Origin: Minisyncoccota bacterium
GTDB lineage: Bacteria > Patescibacteriota > Minisyncoccia > Phycocordibacterales > SBAW01
Reading direction: 5' to 3'
Length of the DNA stretch: 64,000 nt
Assembly (NCBI GenBank): GCA_035546615.1
Contig: DASZWM010000002.1
Location: 15,460-79,459, forward strand
Position numbers and translations under genes: made by a program
The notes under the pieces: model-generated
The model's database searches: none
Seen by the model: only the letters and a program-made list of their open reading frames with translations
What the model was told of the DNA's origin: nothing
In this document: one piece after another, positions 36,940 through 47,083 of the stretch
Layout: every line of letters begins with the position of its first letter
How positions within the stretch are numbered: position 1 is the first letter of the stretch

Positions 36940-37053
36940 TGGCGGGGGGAATCGGCTACCACGTAGCCAGGTACTTTTCGATCTCGATGACTCGATAACG
37001 AAAAGTCTTTCGATTCTCCCATGGAAGCAAATCAATTTGCTTCCTCCCCGGAC
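36940..37053 (-). repeat. tRNA-linked structured element, copy F (variant core, 3' of tRNA-Leu-CAA)
   Basis: hp1 is GGAAGCAAA ttga TTTGCTTCC. GGGAGAATCGAA is the exact reverse complement of the tRNA T arm. The distal CCGATTCCCCCCGCCA is a decayed copy of the tRNA 3' end. Confidence 0.55.
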
Positions 37054-37060
37054 TCCAGAC

Positions 37061-37088
37061 AGAAAAAGAGCCGGGCGGTAAGCCTGGC
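37061..37088 (-). terminator. terminator after tRNA-Leu(CAA)
   Basis: On the minus strand, GCCAGGC ttacc GCCCGGC followed by TCTTTTTCT. Confidence 0.6.
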
Positions 37089-37098
37089 CTGTTTTCTG

Positions 37099-37185
37099 TG
37101 GTGCCGGGGGGGAGAATCGAACTCCCATGCCATTGCTGGCGCGGGATTTTGAGTCCCGTGCGTCTACCAATTCCGCCACCCCGGC
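37099..37185 (-). tRNA. tRNA-Leu (anticodon CAA), CCA encoded
   Basis: GCCGGGG/CCCCGGC acceptor, anticodon loop CTCAAAA, long variable arm, T arm GGGAG TTCGATT CTCCC, 3' ACCA. Confidence 0.9.
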
Positions 37186-37214
37186 TTGTGTTGGCTCGTG
37201 TTAGAATATCGTTT

Positions 37215-38213
37215 ATGGCAGGGTTTTACAATAACGCTATTTTCTGGGTCGAAGTAGAGAAGATACGGCCGAATCCCTTTCAGCCGCGCAAGGAATTCGA
37301 CGAGGCGAAATTGCGCGATTTGGCAAACTCCGTGCGCCAGTACGGCGTAATCCAGCCGCTTACCGTCACGCGACACGAGGTGCAGAAGGAGGACGGCGGG
37401 CTGGCTTCCGAATACGAGCTTATCGCCGGCGAGCGCCGGCTGCGCGCGGCGAAGATGGCGGGCATCACCTCGGTGCCCGTGCTTATCCGCGACTCGTTCG
37501 ACGACGACAAGACCAAGCTGGAGCTCGCGATAATCGAGAACCTTCAGCGCGAGGACCTCAATCCCATAGACCGTGCGCTGGCCTTCGACCGGCTGGTGAA
37601 GGAATTCAGCTTCAAGCACGCCGAAGTTGCCGAAAAGATAGGCAAGAGCCGCGTGTACGTCTCCAACACCATCCGCCTGCTGGGAATGCCTCCGGAAATG
37701 CAGCAGGCGCTTTCGGAAGGCAAGATAAGCGAAGGCCACACACGGCCGCTCCTCATGCTTGCCGACCGGCCGCAGGAGCAGAGCGTGCTCTTCCGCGAAA
37801 TAATGCTGAAGCGGCTCACCGTGCGCGACACAGAAAGCATTGCGCGGCGCATCGCCTTCGACCGCGTGCGCAAGAAGGAATATCTCTATTCGCCGCAGAT
37901 ACTCGAAATGGAGCGCGAGCTGACCGAGGCGCTCGGCACCCGCGTTGCCATAGAGCCCAAGGAGAACGGCGGCAAAGTGTCCATAGATTTTATGAGCGAG
38001 GAGGACTTGCAGATACTTTTCGCGCACCTGGCGGCCAAGATCAATGCTTCAAAAGAGGTGTCGACACAGCTGATACCCGCAGCCGCCACAGCTCTTGCTG
38101 AGGAACAGCCGGCGGCTTCCGACGTGCCGCTGGCGCAAAGCCTCGACGATCGTTCGCGCGACGAAATCACGAAGGACGAAAACACCTTCGACCCGACGAA
38201 TTTCTCTATCTAG
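37215..38213 (+). CDS. parB: chromosome partitioning protein ParB/Spo0J
   Basis: IRPNPFQPRKEFDE, GVIQPLTV, LIAGERRLRAA and an HTH region. Start is the internal ATG of ORF 37098..38213, whose 5' part overlaps the tRNA. Confidence 0.9.
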   Translation: MAGFYNNAIFWVEVEKIRPNPFQPRKEFDEAKLRDLANSVRQYGVIQPLTVTRHEVQKEDGGLASEYELIAGERRLRAAKMAGITSVPVLIRDSFDDDKTKLELAIIENLQREDLNPIDRALAFDRLVKEFSFKHAEVAEKIGKSRVYVSNTIRLLGMPPEMQQALSEGKISEGHTRPLLMLADRPQEQSVLFREIMLKRLTVRDTESIARRIAFDRVRKKEYLYSPQILEMERELTEALGTRVAIEPKENGGKVSIDFMSEEDLQILFAHLAAKINASKEVSTQLIPAAATALAEEQPAASDVPLAQSLDDRSRDEITKDENTFDPTNFSI

Positions 38214-39760
38214 CCGCTCTTCTCCGCTTCAAGCGCATTCCGGATGTGCCTTCGGGCAAGAGTGGTTTTGGCGAAGTCGAGCCATTTCTGCTTGGGCCGC
38301 GCGTTCTTCTTAGTCTGTATCTCAACGATGTCGCCGTTGTGAAGCTCGGTATCAAGCGGAACCATCTTGCCGCCCACTTTTGCGCCGAACAGGCGGTCGC
38401 CCAGGTCGGAGTGTATGGCGTATGCGAAATCCACGGGGGTTGCGGCAACCGGCAGGTCTACCACGTCGCCGTGCGGCGTAAAGACGAACACGCGGTGGGA
38501 AAATATGTCGCCGCGCACCGCGGTGTCGAAGTCAGGGTCCTCAAGCTCGTTTTCCTCAAGGCCCGAAAGCCATTCAGGCACCGGCGCGGAGCCGTAGCGC
38601 GTGCGCTCGGGGCCTTTTGGCGCGGCATCGGCCTCCGGCTTTTTCTCGGGCGCGCGGCGGAAACCCGGCAGGAGCGAGCGTATCCAATCGAAGCTGGAAC
38701 CGCGGCCGCGCGCCGGATCGCCGGCCCCGCCGCGTTCTTTATAGATAACGTGGGCGGCGATGCCGAAGAGCGCGTCGCGATGCATCTCTTTGGTGCGTAT
38801 CTGGACCTCGACGATGCCGCCGTCGCCCGCGAACACCGTGGTATGGAGCGACTGGTAGCCGTTGGGCTTCGGGAAGGCGATATAGTCCTTGATTTTGTAG
38901 GGAAGCGGCTGCCAGAGATTGTTCACGAGCCCCAGCACGCGGTAGCAGTCCGCGACGTTCTCCACCACGACGCGCAGCGCGGCAATGTCGTAGACCTTGT
39001 CGAGCTCGCCGCCTTTGCGCTTGAGCTTCTGCCACAGGCTCCAGAGGCCCTTCACGCGGAAGTCGGTCTCGAAGTTGCGGATATCGTTCTTGCCGAGCTC
39101 TTTCTTGAGCGTGCGGCTCATCTCCTCGAGCCTGTTCTGCGTTTCTTTGGACTTCTCGGTCAGGAGCTTGCGCGCCTCGGCATATTCTTCCGGGTACGCG
39201 TACTCGAACGCGAGGTCTTCCAATTCCTTGCGCACCACTCCCATGCCTAAACGGTGGGCGATAGCGGCGTATATCTCGAGCGTTTCGAGCGCGATACGCT
39301 TTCGTTTCTCGGGCGGGACATGCTTGAGCGTGCGCATGTTGTGGAGCCTGTCCATCAGCTTGATGATAAGCACGCGCACGTCCTTGCCGGTCGCCACCAG
39401 CAGCTTGCGCAAGGACTCGCGATGGCGCTCCGCGCCGCGGTACTTGAGGTGTCCGAGCTTGGTAACGCCTTCCACCAAAAACAGCACATCCTTGCCGAAC
39501 TCTTTCTCAATAGTGGCGGCTTCGACGCCCATATCCTCGATGGTGTCGTGGAGCAGTCCGGCGGCGATAGTGCGCGCGCTCATGCCTATTTCGGCGAGCG
39601 ACTCGGCCGTGGCGGCCAGGTGGGTGATGTACGGCGCGCCGGAGAAGCGCTTGTGGTCGCGGTGCGCGTGCGCCGCGAACGCGTACGCTTTTTCAACCAG
39701 CGCCCTATCCTCCGCGGTGGGGGAGCTCATCTTGCCCAGTATGTCTTTCACTTCGGGCAT
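38210..39760 (-). CDS. bifunctional (p)ppGpp synthetase/hydrolase (RelA/SpoT homolog)
   Basis: HD hydrolase domain (HRDHKR...HDTIED), synthetase domain (YIAFPKPNGYQSLHTTV), TGS domain (GDIVEIQT). Confidence 0.92.
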   Translation of the reverse strand: MPEVKDILGKMSSPTAEDRALVEKAYAFAAHAHRDHKRFSGAPYITHLAATAESLAEIGMSARTIAAGLLHDTIEDMGVEAATIEKEFGKDVLFLVEGVTKLGHLKYRGAERHRESLRKLLVATGKDVRVLIIKLMDRLHNMRTLKHVPPEKRKRIALETLEIYAAIAHRLGMGVVRKELEDLAFEYAYPEEYAEARKLLTEKSKETQNRLEEMSRTLKKELGKNDIRNFETDFRVKGLWSLWQKLKRKGGELDKVYDIAALRVVVENVADCYRVLGLVNNLWQPLPYKIKDYIAFPKPNGYQSLHTTVFAGDGGIVEVQIRTKEMHRDALFGIAAHVIYKERGGAGDPARGRGSSFDWIRSLLPGFRRAPEKKPEADAAPKGPERTRYGSAPVPEWLSGLEENELEDPDFDTAVRGDIFSHRVFVFTPHGDVVDLPVAATPVDFAYAIHSDLGDRLFGAKVGGKMVPLDTELHNGDIVEIQTKKNARPKQKWLDFAKTTLARRHIRNALEAEKSG

Positions 39761-39789
39761 ATCCTCTAATACTACTCCTTTTGCAGTAA

Positions 39790-42009
39790 TTATTCCGCTT
39801 TTTTCTTTGCAAAGCCTCTGCGCTTCTTTTCTTCGCTCAGTATCTCAAGCGCGCGATCGAGCGTAATCGCATATACGTCATCGGTTTTGAGTGAGCGGAA
39901 GTCGGGTTTGGGCTTCGTATTGTGGGCGATATAGGGACCAAAACGGCCGATGTTTGCAGTAATGGTCTCCTCGGTATCGGGGTGTACACCGAGCACGCGT
40001 GGGAGGCTCAAATACTTAAGAGCATCTTCAAGCGTAACTTCTTCGGGCACTTTTTCTTTGGGGATGGAGCCGCGCTTGGGCTTGTTCTTGGACTTCGAGC
40101 CCTTGCCGGTCGGCGTTTCGCCCACCTGCACGTACGGGCCGAATCGTCCGGTCAGCACGTAAATGGGCTCGCCGGTCTCCGGATAATTGCCGATGGGCTT
40201 GGGCGGCTCGTTTGAAATAACTTCGCCGGTCTCCGTGCGCGCGCCGAGGCAGTCGGGGAAGCGCGAGCAGGACATGAACTTGCCCTGGCGCGAGAGCTTG
40301 AACACCATGGGGCTGCCGCAGAGGGGGCATTTGAACTCTTCCGGCGCGGGACCGAGATCGGTAATCTTACCGGCCTCCTTATCCTTCAATTTAACGTCCT
40401 TAAGGAACGGGGTGTAGAAATCGCCGAGGGTCTTGGCATATTCGCGCTTGCCCTGCGCGATGTCGTCGAGCTCGTCTTCCATCTCGGCGGTAAAGGTATC
40501 TGAAATATAGTTGGCGAAGTTATCCTCGAGGAAGCTCGATACCACGTCGCCGGTGTCGGTGGGCATAAGCGTGCGGCCTTCCTTCAATACGTAGCCGCGG
40601 TCCTGGAGCGTCTTCATGATGCTCGCGTACGTGGACGGGCGGCCGATGCCGCGCTTCTCAAGCTCCTTTATGAGGCCGGCCTCGGTATAGCGGTTGGGCG
40701 GAGTGGTAGCCTTTTCCTCGGCCGACACGTCCTTAACGTCGAGCACTTCCTTGGCCGATACTTTCGGCAGTTCCACATCCTCGCCGCGGGCCGCAGGGTC
40801 GGCCTTGAGCCAGCCGTCGAATACGACGCGCGAGCCGTTGGCCGCAAATTGGGGGATCTTGGCGTTCTTGGTCTCGGCTACGACTTTCGTCTTGAGGAGC
40901 TTTGCATCCGCCATCTGGGAGGCGATTGTGCGCGCCCAGATAAGCTCGTAGAGCTTTTTCTGGTCCGGGGTCGTGCCGACCGACTCCTTTTCTATGTGGG
41001 TGGGACGCACCGCCTCGTGGGCTTCCTGCGCGTTCTTGGACTTGGCGGCGAAGGTATGCGCCTCGACATAGTTCTTGCCGTACTTCTTTTCGGCGTGGGC
41101 AAGTATGGAGGCGCGCGCCGGAGCGCCGAGGTTGGTCGAGTCGGTGCGCATGTAGGTGATATGCCCGGCTTCATACAGCTTCTGCGCGATGCGCATAGTA
41201 TTGGAAGGGGAATACCCGAGGCGCGTCGAAGCCGCCTGCTGGAGGGTGGAAGTGGTGAACGGCGCCCGGGGTGCGCGCTTCATTTCGCTTTCGGTCACGT
41301 CCAAGACGGTAAGCCCGTCCTTTTTGACGGCCTCTAGTATCTTGTCAGCCTCGTCCTTCTTGCGCGGCTCCTCGACGCAGGTAAGCATCAGGTCATCCTT
41401 TGCCTCGGTCTTCGTCGCCGCAGTTATTACATAAAACGTTTCGGGTACGAAGGCGCGTATCTCGCGCTCGCGCTCCATGATGATGCGCAAGGCGGGGCTC
41501 TGCACGCGTCCGGCCGAAAGCCCGTAGCGCACTTTCTTCCAAATGAGGCCGGAGAGGTCGTAGCCCACGAGGCGGTCGAGCACGCGGCGGGCCTCCTGGG
41601 CGAAGCGGAGGTTCTGGTCTATCTGGCGCGGATTCGCGAGCGCCTCGGCAATGGCTTCCTTGGTAATTTCGTGGAATACGATGCGCTCGGGCTTTTTGAG
41701 CTTAAGCTCCTGGCCGATGTGCCAGGCGATAGCCTCGCCCTCGCGGTCGGGGTCGGTCGCGAGTATGACCTCGTCGGCCTTCTTGGCGAGATGCGCCAGC
41801 TCGTCGATGACCTTGGCCTTGCCGGGCACGACCTCGTAGTGGGGGACGAAGCCCGCCGGAATGTCGATGGCTTTCTTATTGGACTTCGGCAGGTCGCGCA
41901 CGTGGCCCACGGATGCCCGCACGACGAAATCGCCTTTCTTGTCTATTTCGGAAAGGTACTTCTCAATAGTTTTCGCCTTGGCGGGCGACTCGACGATGAC
42001 CAGTTTCAT
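39790..42009 (-). CDS. topA: DNA topoisomerase I
   Basis: Toprim domain MKLVIVESPAKAKTIEKYL, active-site region GHITYMRTDS, C-terminal Cys4 zinc ribbons. Confidence 0.96.
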   Translation of the reverse strand: MKLVIVESPAKAKTIEKYLSEIDKKGDFVVRASVGHVRDLPKSNKKAIDIPAGFVPHYEVVPGKAKVIDELAHLAKKADEVILATDPDREGEAIAWHIGQELKLKKPERIVFHEITKEAIAEALANPRQIDQNLRFAQEARRVLDRLVGYDLSGLIWKKVRYGLSAGRVQSPALRIIMEREREIRAFVPETFYVITAATKTEAKDDLMLTCVEEPRKKDEADKILEAVKKDGLTVLDVTESEMKRAPRAPFTTSTLQQAASTRLGYSPSNTMRIAQKLYEAGHITYMRTDSTNLGAPARASILAHAEKKYGKNYVEAHTFAAKSKNAQEAHEAVRPTHIEKESVGTTPDQKKLYELIWARTIASQMADAKLLKTKVVAETKNAKIPQFAANGSRVVFDGWLKADPAARGEDVELPKVSAKEVLDVKDVSAEEKATTPPNRYTEAGLIKELEKRGIGRPSTYASIMKTLQDRGYVLKEGRTLMPTDTGDVVSSFLEDNFANYISDTFTAEMEDELDDIAQGKREYAKTLGDFYTPFLKDVKLKDKEAGKITDLGPAPEEFKCPLCGSPMVFKLSRQGKFMSCSRFPDCLGARTETGEVISNEPPKPIGNYPETGEPIYVLTGRFGPYVQVGETPTGKGSKSKNKPKRGSIPKEKVPEEVTLEDALKYLSLPRVLGVHPDTEETITANIGRFGPYIAHNTKPKPDFRSLKTDDVYAITLDRALEILSEEKKRRGFAKKKAE

Positions 42010-42047
42010 TGGATGCCTTGGATACTACAGTAGCACAGTGCGGAACA

Positions 42048-45000
42048 TTACCCTTTTTCCACTTCGCTTGGCAAGCGCCCCGGCCAGCGGTACACGAGCG
42101 TCGGAATGAGAATGAGCGTCAGTATCATCGCGAAGGAAAGCCCGAAAAGAATGGCGAACGCCAGCGGCCCCCACAGGGCGGACGCGAAGGTGAGCGGTAT
42201 CATGCCGATCACCGTGGTGATGGTCGTGAGGACGATGGGGCGCAGGCGCGAGGTCGCCGCCTCGACCACGATGTCGGAGAATGTGCGGCCCGCTCCCGCG
42301 TGGAGGCGCTGGAGTATGGAGTCCATGAGGATGATGGCGTGGTTGATAATGACGCCCGCGAGCGCAATGACGCCCAGAAGCGAGGAGAACGAGAGCGTCT
42401 GGCCGGTCAGCACCAGGCCGCCGAACACGCCGATGAGAGAAAGCGGGATAATGGCGAGCAGATACGTGGTGTAGCGGAATGAGTTGAAGGCAAGCACGAG
42501 AATGACGAACATAAGCGCCATGCCCGCCAACAGCGCGATACCCATCTCGGCGAAGGACTGATTGGTCTCTTCGTTCTCGCCGCCGATAGATACCGTGACG
42601 CCCACGGGAAGCTCGACGCTCTTCATCTTCTCGTTGTACGCGGCAAGCACCGCTCCGGCGGTGTAGCCCGGCAGCGTATTGGCCGACAAGGTTACTATGC
42701 GCTCCCGGTCCTCGTGGTTGATTGTCGAGTCGTTGCGCGCCACGCTTTCCTCAAGGAGCGAGCCGAGCAGTATCGTAGTCCCGCTCTGGGTGGTGATAGG
42801 CACCTGATGAAGCGCGTCTATGGTGGCGTTTGAGGCGTCATGCGGGTCAATGTAGGACGGGTTTAGATTGAGAAGCACGTTTATGTCCACGTCGCGCTCG
42901 GCGCCCGAAATGGACGTTGCCTTCATGCCCGACACCGCGGTGCGCAGGGTAGAGGCCACTTGCGCGGCCGTCACGCCCGCCTGCGCGAGCCGCGAGCGGT
43001 CGATGCGAAGCTCGAACTGAACGGTCTCGTTCTTGTTTGAAGCGTCGACGCTGGTGGCGCCGGGTGTCGACTCGAGCACGCCGCGCGCGGCCGCCACCGC
43101 CGCATCCAGCGCGTCGCGGTCGGAGCCGAGGAACTTAATAAGTACGGGCGCGCCCACGGGCGGGCCGCCGGTCGGCTGGTCGGACGTTACCTTGGCGCTC
43201 CGGATGCCGGAAAGCTCTTTCCGGACTTGGCTCAGCACTTCGGTGCTGGTCTTCGAGCGGCCTTTCGGCAAATTGATGGTGAGGCTCGCAAATCGCGGAT
43301 CGGACTGGGGATTGCCGCTGAATTCGCTGGTGCGGCCGACGGTCGTCACGAAGGACGCGATGTCGTGGTCGTTGTACAGCACTTCCTCCACCTGGCGCGC
43401 GACCAGATCGCTCTGATTGAGCGACGAGCCCGGCGGAAGCTCAATATCGGTATATAAAAAGTCTATGTCATCCTGCGGGAAAAAGCTCACGGGAAGCAGT
43501 CCCGCGATGGGCAGGGCGAGGGCCAGAACGAACGCGAGCGCCATGCCCCACAGGAAGCGGTTCTGGTTCTTCTTGTGATGCAGGAAGCTTTTCAGCTTCG
43601 CGGAGTACCAGGTACGCGCCGCCTCGGCGTACTCTTCCTGCTTGTCCAAGAGCCAGCCGCGCGCGCCTATCTTCTGCGAGAACATCATGGTGAGCGTCGG
43701 CACCAGCCCCAGCGCCACGAAAATGGAGGCGATGAGCACGAATATGAGCGTGTACGGGATGCCGGCGATGAATTTGCCCACGATGCCCGAAATAAAGAAG
43801 AGCGGGAAGAACACCGCGACGGTCGTCATCGTGCCGCCGATGAGCGGCCAAGCGTACTCGCGGAGGGCCTCGAAGGCAGCCACTTTTTTGTCGCCGAACG
43901 TGCGTATGCGGGTGTGTATGGCTTCGACGACGACGATGCCGGAGTCCACGAGGATGCCGATGGCGAGAATGAGCGAGAAGAGGGAAATAAAGTTGAGCGT
44001 GTTGCCGGTGTAGAGGAGCCCGACGAACGCGATAAGGAACGAAAGGGGAATGGAAAGGCCCGCGACTATCGCCTCGCGCCAGCCGATGGTCGCAAAGAGC
44101 ACGAGCATCACGAGCACGACGGTCTCAAGCCCCGTGCGGGTAAGCTCGGTCAGGTCCTGCTGCACCTCGTCGCCGGCGTCCAGCGACACCACGACCTGGC
44201 TGCCGTCCAGAAGCCCTGCCTTGAGCGTATCAAGCCTTGCCTTCACCGCGCGGGTCACAGCGGTCACGTCCTGTCCGCGCACTTTGTATACCAAAAGGGT
44301 CATGGCCTGCTCGGAGGGCGCGCCCGCAACCGAGATGCGCGAGTAGGAGGTCGCCTTCTCGACGCCGTCGGACACGTCGGCGATATCGCGCACGTAGATG
44401 ACCTGCCCGCCGACGTTCAGTATCGCCACCGAGCCGATGTCCTCGGTCGTATCGAAGCTGCCGTCGAAGGCGATATTGTAGTTGATGTCATTGACCTCGA
44501 TGGAGCCCACCGGAAGCGACGAGTTCGCAGCGCCTATGGCCGCCACGACCTGGGGGAGCGAAATGCCGTAGCGCGCGAGGTCCTCCTTGCGCACGACGAC
44601 GTCTATCTCGCGGTTGCGCACACCGGAGATGTCTACGCGCTGGACTCCCTTCACGGCCTGGAGCTCGTTCTGTACCTGATCGGCCAGTTCCGCCAGCTGG
44701 GCGAAGGGCTCGTTGGCGGAAATGGAGATTATCTGTATAGGCTGGTCGACGAAGTTCACGTCAGATACCGTCGGGTCCTTCGCTTCCGCCGGGAGGTCCA
44801 CTTTCGCCTTATCGACCTCGTCCTTGAGCTTCTGGATGGACTTGTCGAGGTCGGCCGACGCGAGGAACTGCACGGTCACGACCGAGATGCCGTCGCGCGA
44901 TGTCGAGGTGAGCGTGTCGAGGTTCTCGATGTTGGCCAGATGCTCTTCAAGCTTGTTAGTGACCAGGCGCTCGACGTCCTCGGCCGATGCGCCCGGAAGC

Positions 45001-45152
45001 ACGGTCGATACGATGCCCACCGGGATGGATACTTCCGGCGCCGACTCCTTGGTGATGCGTACGGCCGCGAAGACGCCCGATATCGTGACCGCCGCGATGA
45101 CGAGCAGGGTGAACTGGCGCTTTTCTATGAAGAATTTCCAGAATGACAGCAT
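42048..45152 (-). CDS. RND-family efflux transporter (AcrB/AcrD/AcrF type)
   Basis: 1034 aa, 12-TM layout with two large periplasmic loops, typical RND N-terminus FFIEKRQFTLLV. Confidence 0.9.
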   Translation of the reverse strand: MLSFWKFFIEKRQFTLLVIAAVTISGVFAAVRITKESAPEVSIPVGIVSTVLPGASAEDVERLVTNKLEEHLANIENLDTLTSTSRDGISVVTVQFLASADLDKSIQKLKDEVDKAKVDLPAEAKDPTVSDVNFVDQPIQIISISANEPFAQLAELADQVQNELQAVKGVQRVDISGVRNREIDVVVRKEDLARYGISLPQVVAAIGAANSSLPVGSIEVNDINYNIAFDGSFDTTEDIGSVAILNVGGQVIYVRDIADVSDGVEKATSYSRISVAGAPSEQAMTLLVYKVRGQDVTAVTRAVKARLDTLKAGLLDGSQVVVSLDAGDEVQQDLTELTRTGLETVVLVMLVLFATIGWREAIVAGLSIPLSFLIAFVGLLYTGNTLNFISLFSLILAIGILVDSGIVVVEAIHTRIRTFGDKKVAAFEALREYAWPLIGGTMTTVAVFFPLFFISGIVGKFIAGIPYTLIFVLIASIFVALGLVPTLTMMFSQKIGARGWLLDKQEEYAEAARTWYSAKLKSFLHHKKNQNRFLWGMALAFVLALALPIAGLLPVSFFPQDDIDFLYTDIELPPGSSLNQSDLVARQVEEVLYNDHDIASFVTTVGRTSEFSGNPQSDPRFASLTINLPKGRSKTSTEVLSQVRKELSGIRSAKVTSDQPTGGPPVGAPVLIKFLGSDRDALDAAVAAARGVLESTPGATSVDASNKNETVQFELRIDRSRLAQAGVTAAQVASTLRTAVSGMKATSISGAERDVDINVLLNLNPSYIDPHDASNATIDALHQVPITTQSGTTILLGSLLEESVARNDSTINHEDRERIVTLSANTLPGYTAGAVLAAYNEKMKSVELPVGVTVSIGGENEETNQSFAEMGIALLAGMALMFVILVLAFNSFRYTTYLLAIIPLSLIGVFGGLVLTGQTLSFSSLLGVIALAGVIINHAIILMDSILQRLHAGAGRTFSDIVVEAATSRLRPIVLTTITTVIGMIPLTFASALWGPLAFAILFGLSFAMILTLILIPTLVYRWPGRLPSEVEKG

Positions 45153-45169
45153 GGGATGATGCGGCGGGA

Positions 45170-46699
45170 TTACTGCGCTACTTCTACCGTTTCCCTCGCG
45201 CGCAGGCCCCGGGCGTCCGTGACTATCAGCATGTCGGGAGTGGCGCCGTCGAGTATGACCACGCGGTCGCCGAGCAGCTCGCCTATCGTTACTGTATGCG
45301 CCACGAGCATATTGTTCGCGTCCACCGTAAAGACGCTCATGCCGCCCTGGCCAATCTTAAGCGCCGCAAGGGGAATGACGAGGCGCGCGGGAGCGGCGGC
45401 CGTGGCGGCGTTTTGCGCGCGGGCAAGCTCGACCGTGACCGACTGGCCGTTGATGAGAGCGGTCGCGGAGCCGCTGATGCCGACGCGCACCTCTATTTTC
45501 TTGGTGACGGGGTCAATGGCGGGCGCGATGCGGGTTATGACGCCGTCTGCCGAGCCGCCGAGCTTCGCCTTGCCGCCTACCGCAAGCTGGCGGGCGTCGG
45601 ATTCGGTGACATAGGCTACCACTTCAAGCGCGCCGTTGTTGGCTACCGTAAGGACCGCGGAGCCGAGCTGGACGTAGTCGCCGCGCTTCAGCGACAGGGA
45701 ATTGATAGTGCCGGAAATGGGGGCGCGGATGAGCGTATGCTCAAGGTTGGCGCGCGCGGAGGCGAGGCCCGCCTGGGCCTGCTTTACCGCCGCGGCGCTG
45801 ACCGAGGCGTTTGCGCCGGTGCCCGCGATGCTCTGGCGGGCGCTGCCGAGCGCGGTTATGGAGGCGGTCACGGCCGTGCGCGCCGCGATAGTGGCAGCCT
45901 TATAGCCGTCCAGCACCGATGCGGTCACGACCTCGTCGGGCTCGCCGGCGTTAAGCGCGCGCAGGAGGGCATCGAGGAAGTTGCGCACCTGCTGGAGCTC
46001 GGCTTCGGTTTGAGCAAGCTCGCCGCTTTGGTCTGAGGCGGAAGAGATCTGCGCCGATGCGGCCTTCTGCCTGTCGAGCGCGGCATCGAGCGCGCTGCGC
46101 AGGCTTTCGGCCTCGCGTTTGGAGGCGGAATCTTCCGTCTTTACGCGCAGGTAATACGTGTGCGGCGTGGTATCCGGATTGATGAACATAGGGTCCGCCG
46201 CGTTGTGCACCGCGTTGTCTGCCGCCGCGTAGGCGGAGAGGAGCGCGCTTGCGGCGCTGGTGCCTGAAATGCCGGCGGAGGCCTGCGCCGCCTCGACGCC
46301 GGCCTGCGCCTGGAGCACCGCCGCGCGCTCGGACGCGTTCTCGACTTCCGCTACCACCGCGCCCGCGCCGACGTAGTCGCCGAGCTGGTAGTTGAGCGAG
46401 GTAATCTCGCCGGATTTCTCCGCGCGCACGGTAGCCTCGGACTTGGAGCTCACGGTGCCCGCTACCGAAAGCCCGGAGGTCTGGTTGGAAAGGTCGGCGA
46501 TGGAGCGCAGCTCAACGCTGCGGGTATTGTTCGGCGCCGCCGCTTCGGAAGCGCCGCCTGAGAACGCCGCGTGGAGGACGATAAGCAGGACGACCAGAAC
46601 GCCCGCCCCCGCGGCGAGTTTTTTCCAGCCCAGACGCTTGGCTGTACGGGTCAGATACGAAACGAAGTCCTGGAGGCGCGCGAAAATAGATTGCAACAT
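45170..46699 (-). CDS. efflux transporter periplasmic adaptor (MFP/HlyD family)
   Basis: N-terminal TM helix, lipoyl-like and coiled-coil hairpin regions (TVRAEKSGEITSLNYQLGDYV). Lies directly upstream of the RND gene. Confidence 0.8.
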   Translation of the reverse strand: MLQSIFARLQDFVSYLTRTAKRLGWKKLAAGAGVLVVLLIVLHAAFSGGASEAAAPNNTRSVELRSIADLSNQTSGLSVAGTVSSKSEATVRAEKSGEITSLNYQLGDYVGAGAVVAEVENASERAAVLQAQAGVEAAQASAGISGTSAASALLSAYAAADNAVHNAADPMFINPDTTPHTYYLRVKTEDSASKREAESLRSALDAALDRQKAASAQISSASDQSGELAQTEAELQQVRNFLDALLRALNAGEPDEVVTASVLDGYKAATIAARTAVTASITALGSARQSIAGTGANASVSAAAVKQAQAGLASARANLEHTLIRAPISGTINSLSLKRGDYVQLGSAVLTVANNGALEVVAYVTESDARQLAVGGKAKLGGSADGVITRIAPAIDPVTKKIEVRVGISGSATALINGQSVTVELARAQNAATAAAPARLVIPLAALKIGQGGMSVFTVDANNMLVAHTVTIGELLGDRVVILDGATPDMLIVTDARGLRARETVEVAQ

Positions 46700-46708
46700 A
46701 TGAAAATA

Positions 46709-46960
46709 TTATCTGTTCTTCTTAATAATACCCTGAATGACGTTGAGCCGCTTGGACAGGTGGGTGGCGAACTTCTCGACGCCCGATAGCTTCGCGAAGG
46801 TCACCATCTCGCCGCCCATGCCGAACACAAGCAGTTTCTGGCCCTTCTTGAGGCCCATCGCCTCGCGGGCGTCCGCGGGAATGACTATCTGGCCCTTTTC
46901 GCCCAAGGTCGTGATGCCGTATATCTTCTCCGCGGGGTGGTGAGCATGGTTCTTAAGCAT
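46709..46960 (-). CDS. AbrB/MazE/SpoVT-family DNA-binding protein
   Basis: TTLGEKGQIVIPADAREAMGLKKGQKLLVF is a swapped-hairpin AbrB-type motif. First gene of the efflux operon. Confidence 0.7.
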   Translation of the reverse strand: MLKNHAHHPAEKIYGITTLGEKGQIVIPADAREAMGLKKGQKLLVFGMGGEMVTFAKLSGVEKFATHLSKRLNVIQGIIKKNR

Positions 46961-47029
46961 AGTATGAAATGTATTACTTTTCCTACACTGTACCGCAGGA
47001 AGGCCGTGCGGTCAATGAAGGCTTACGTG

Positions 47030-47068
47030 GCGTAAAAAATGCCCCGCGCGACTATGAGTCGCGCGGGG
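47030..47068 (-). terminator. rho-independent terminator of the gcrA-like gene
   Basis: On the minus strand, CCCCGCGCGACT cat AGTCGCGCGGGG followed by CATTTTTTACGCC. Confidence 0.75.
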
Positions 47069-47083
47069 TGATGTTGTCTGGGC

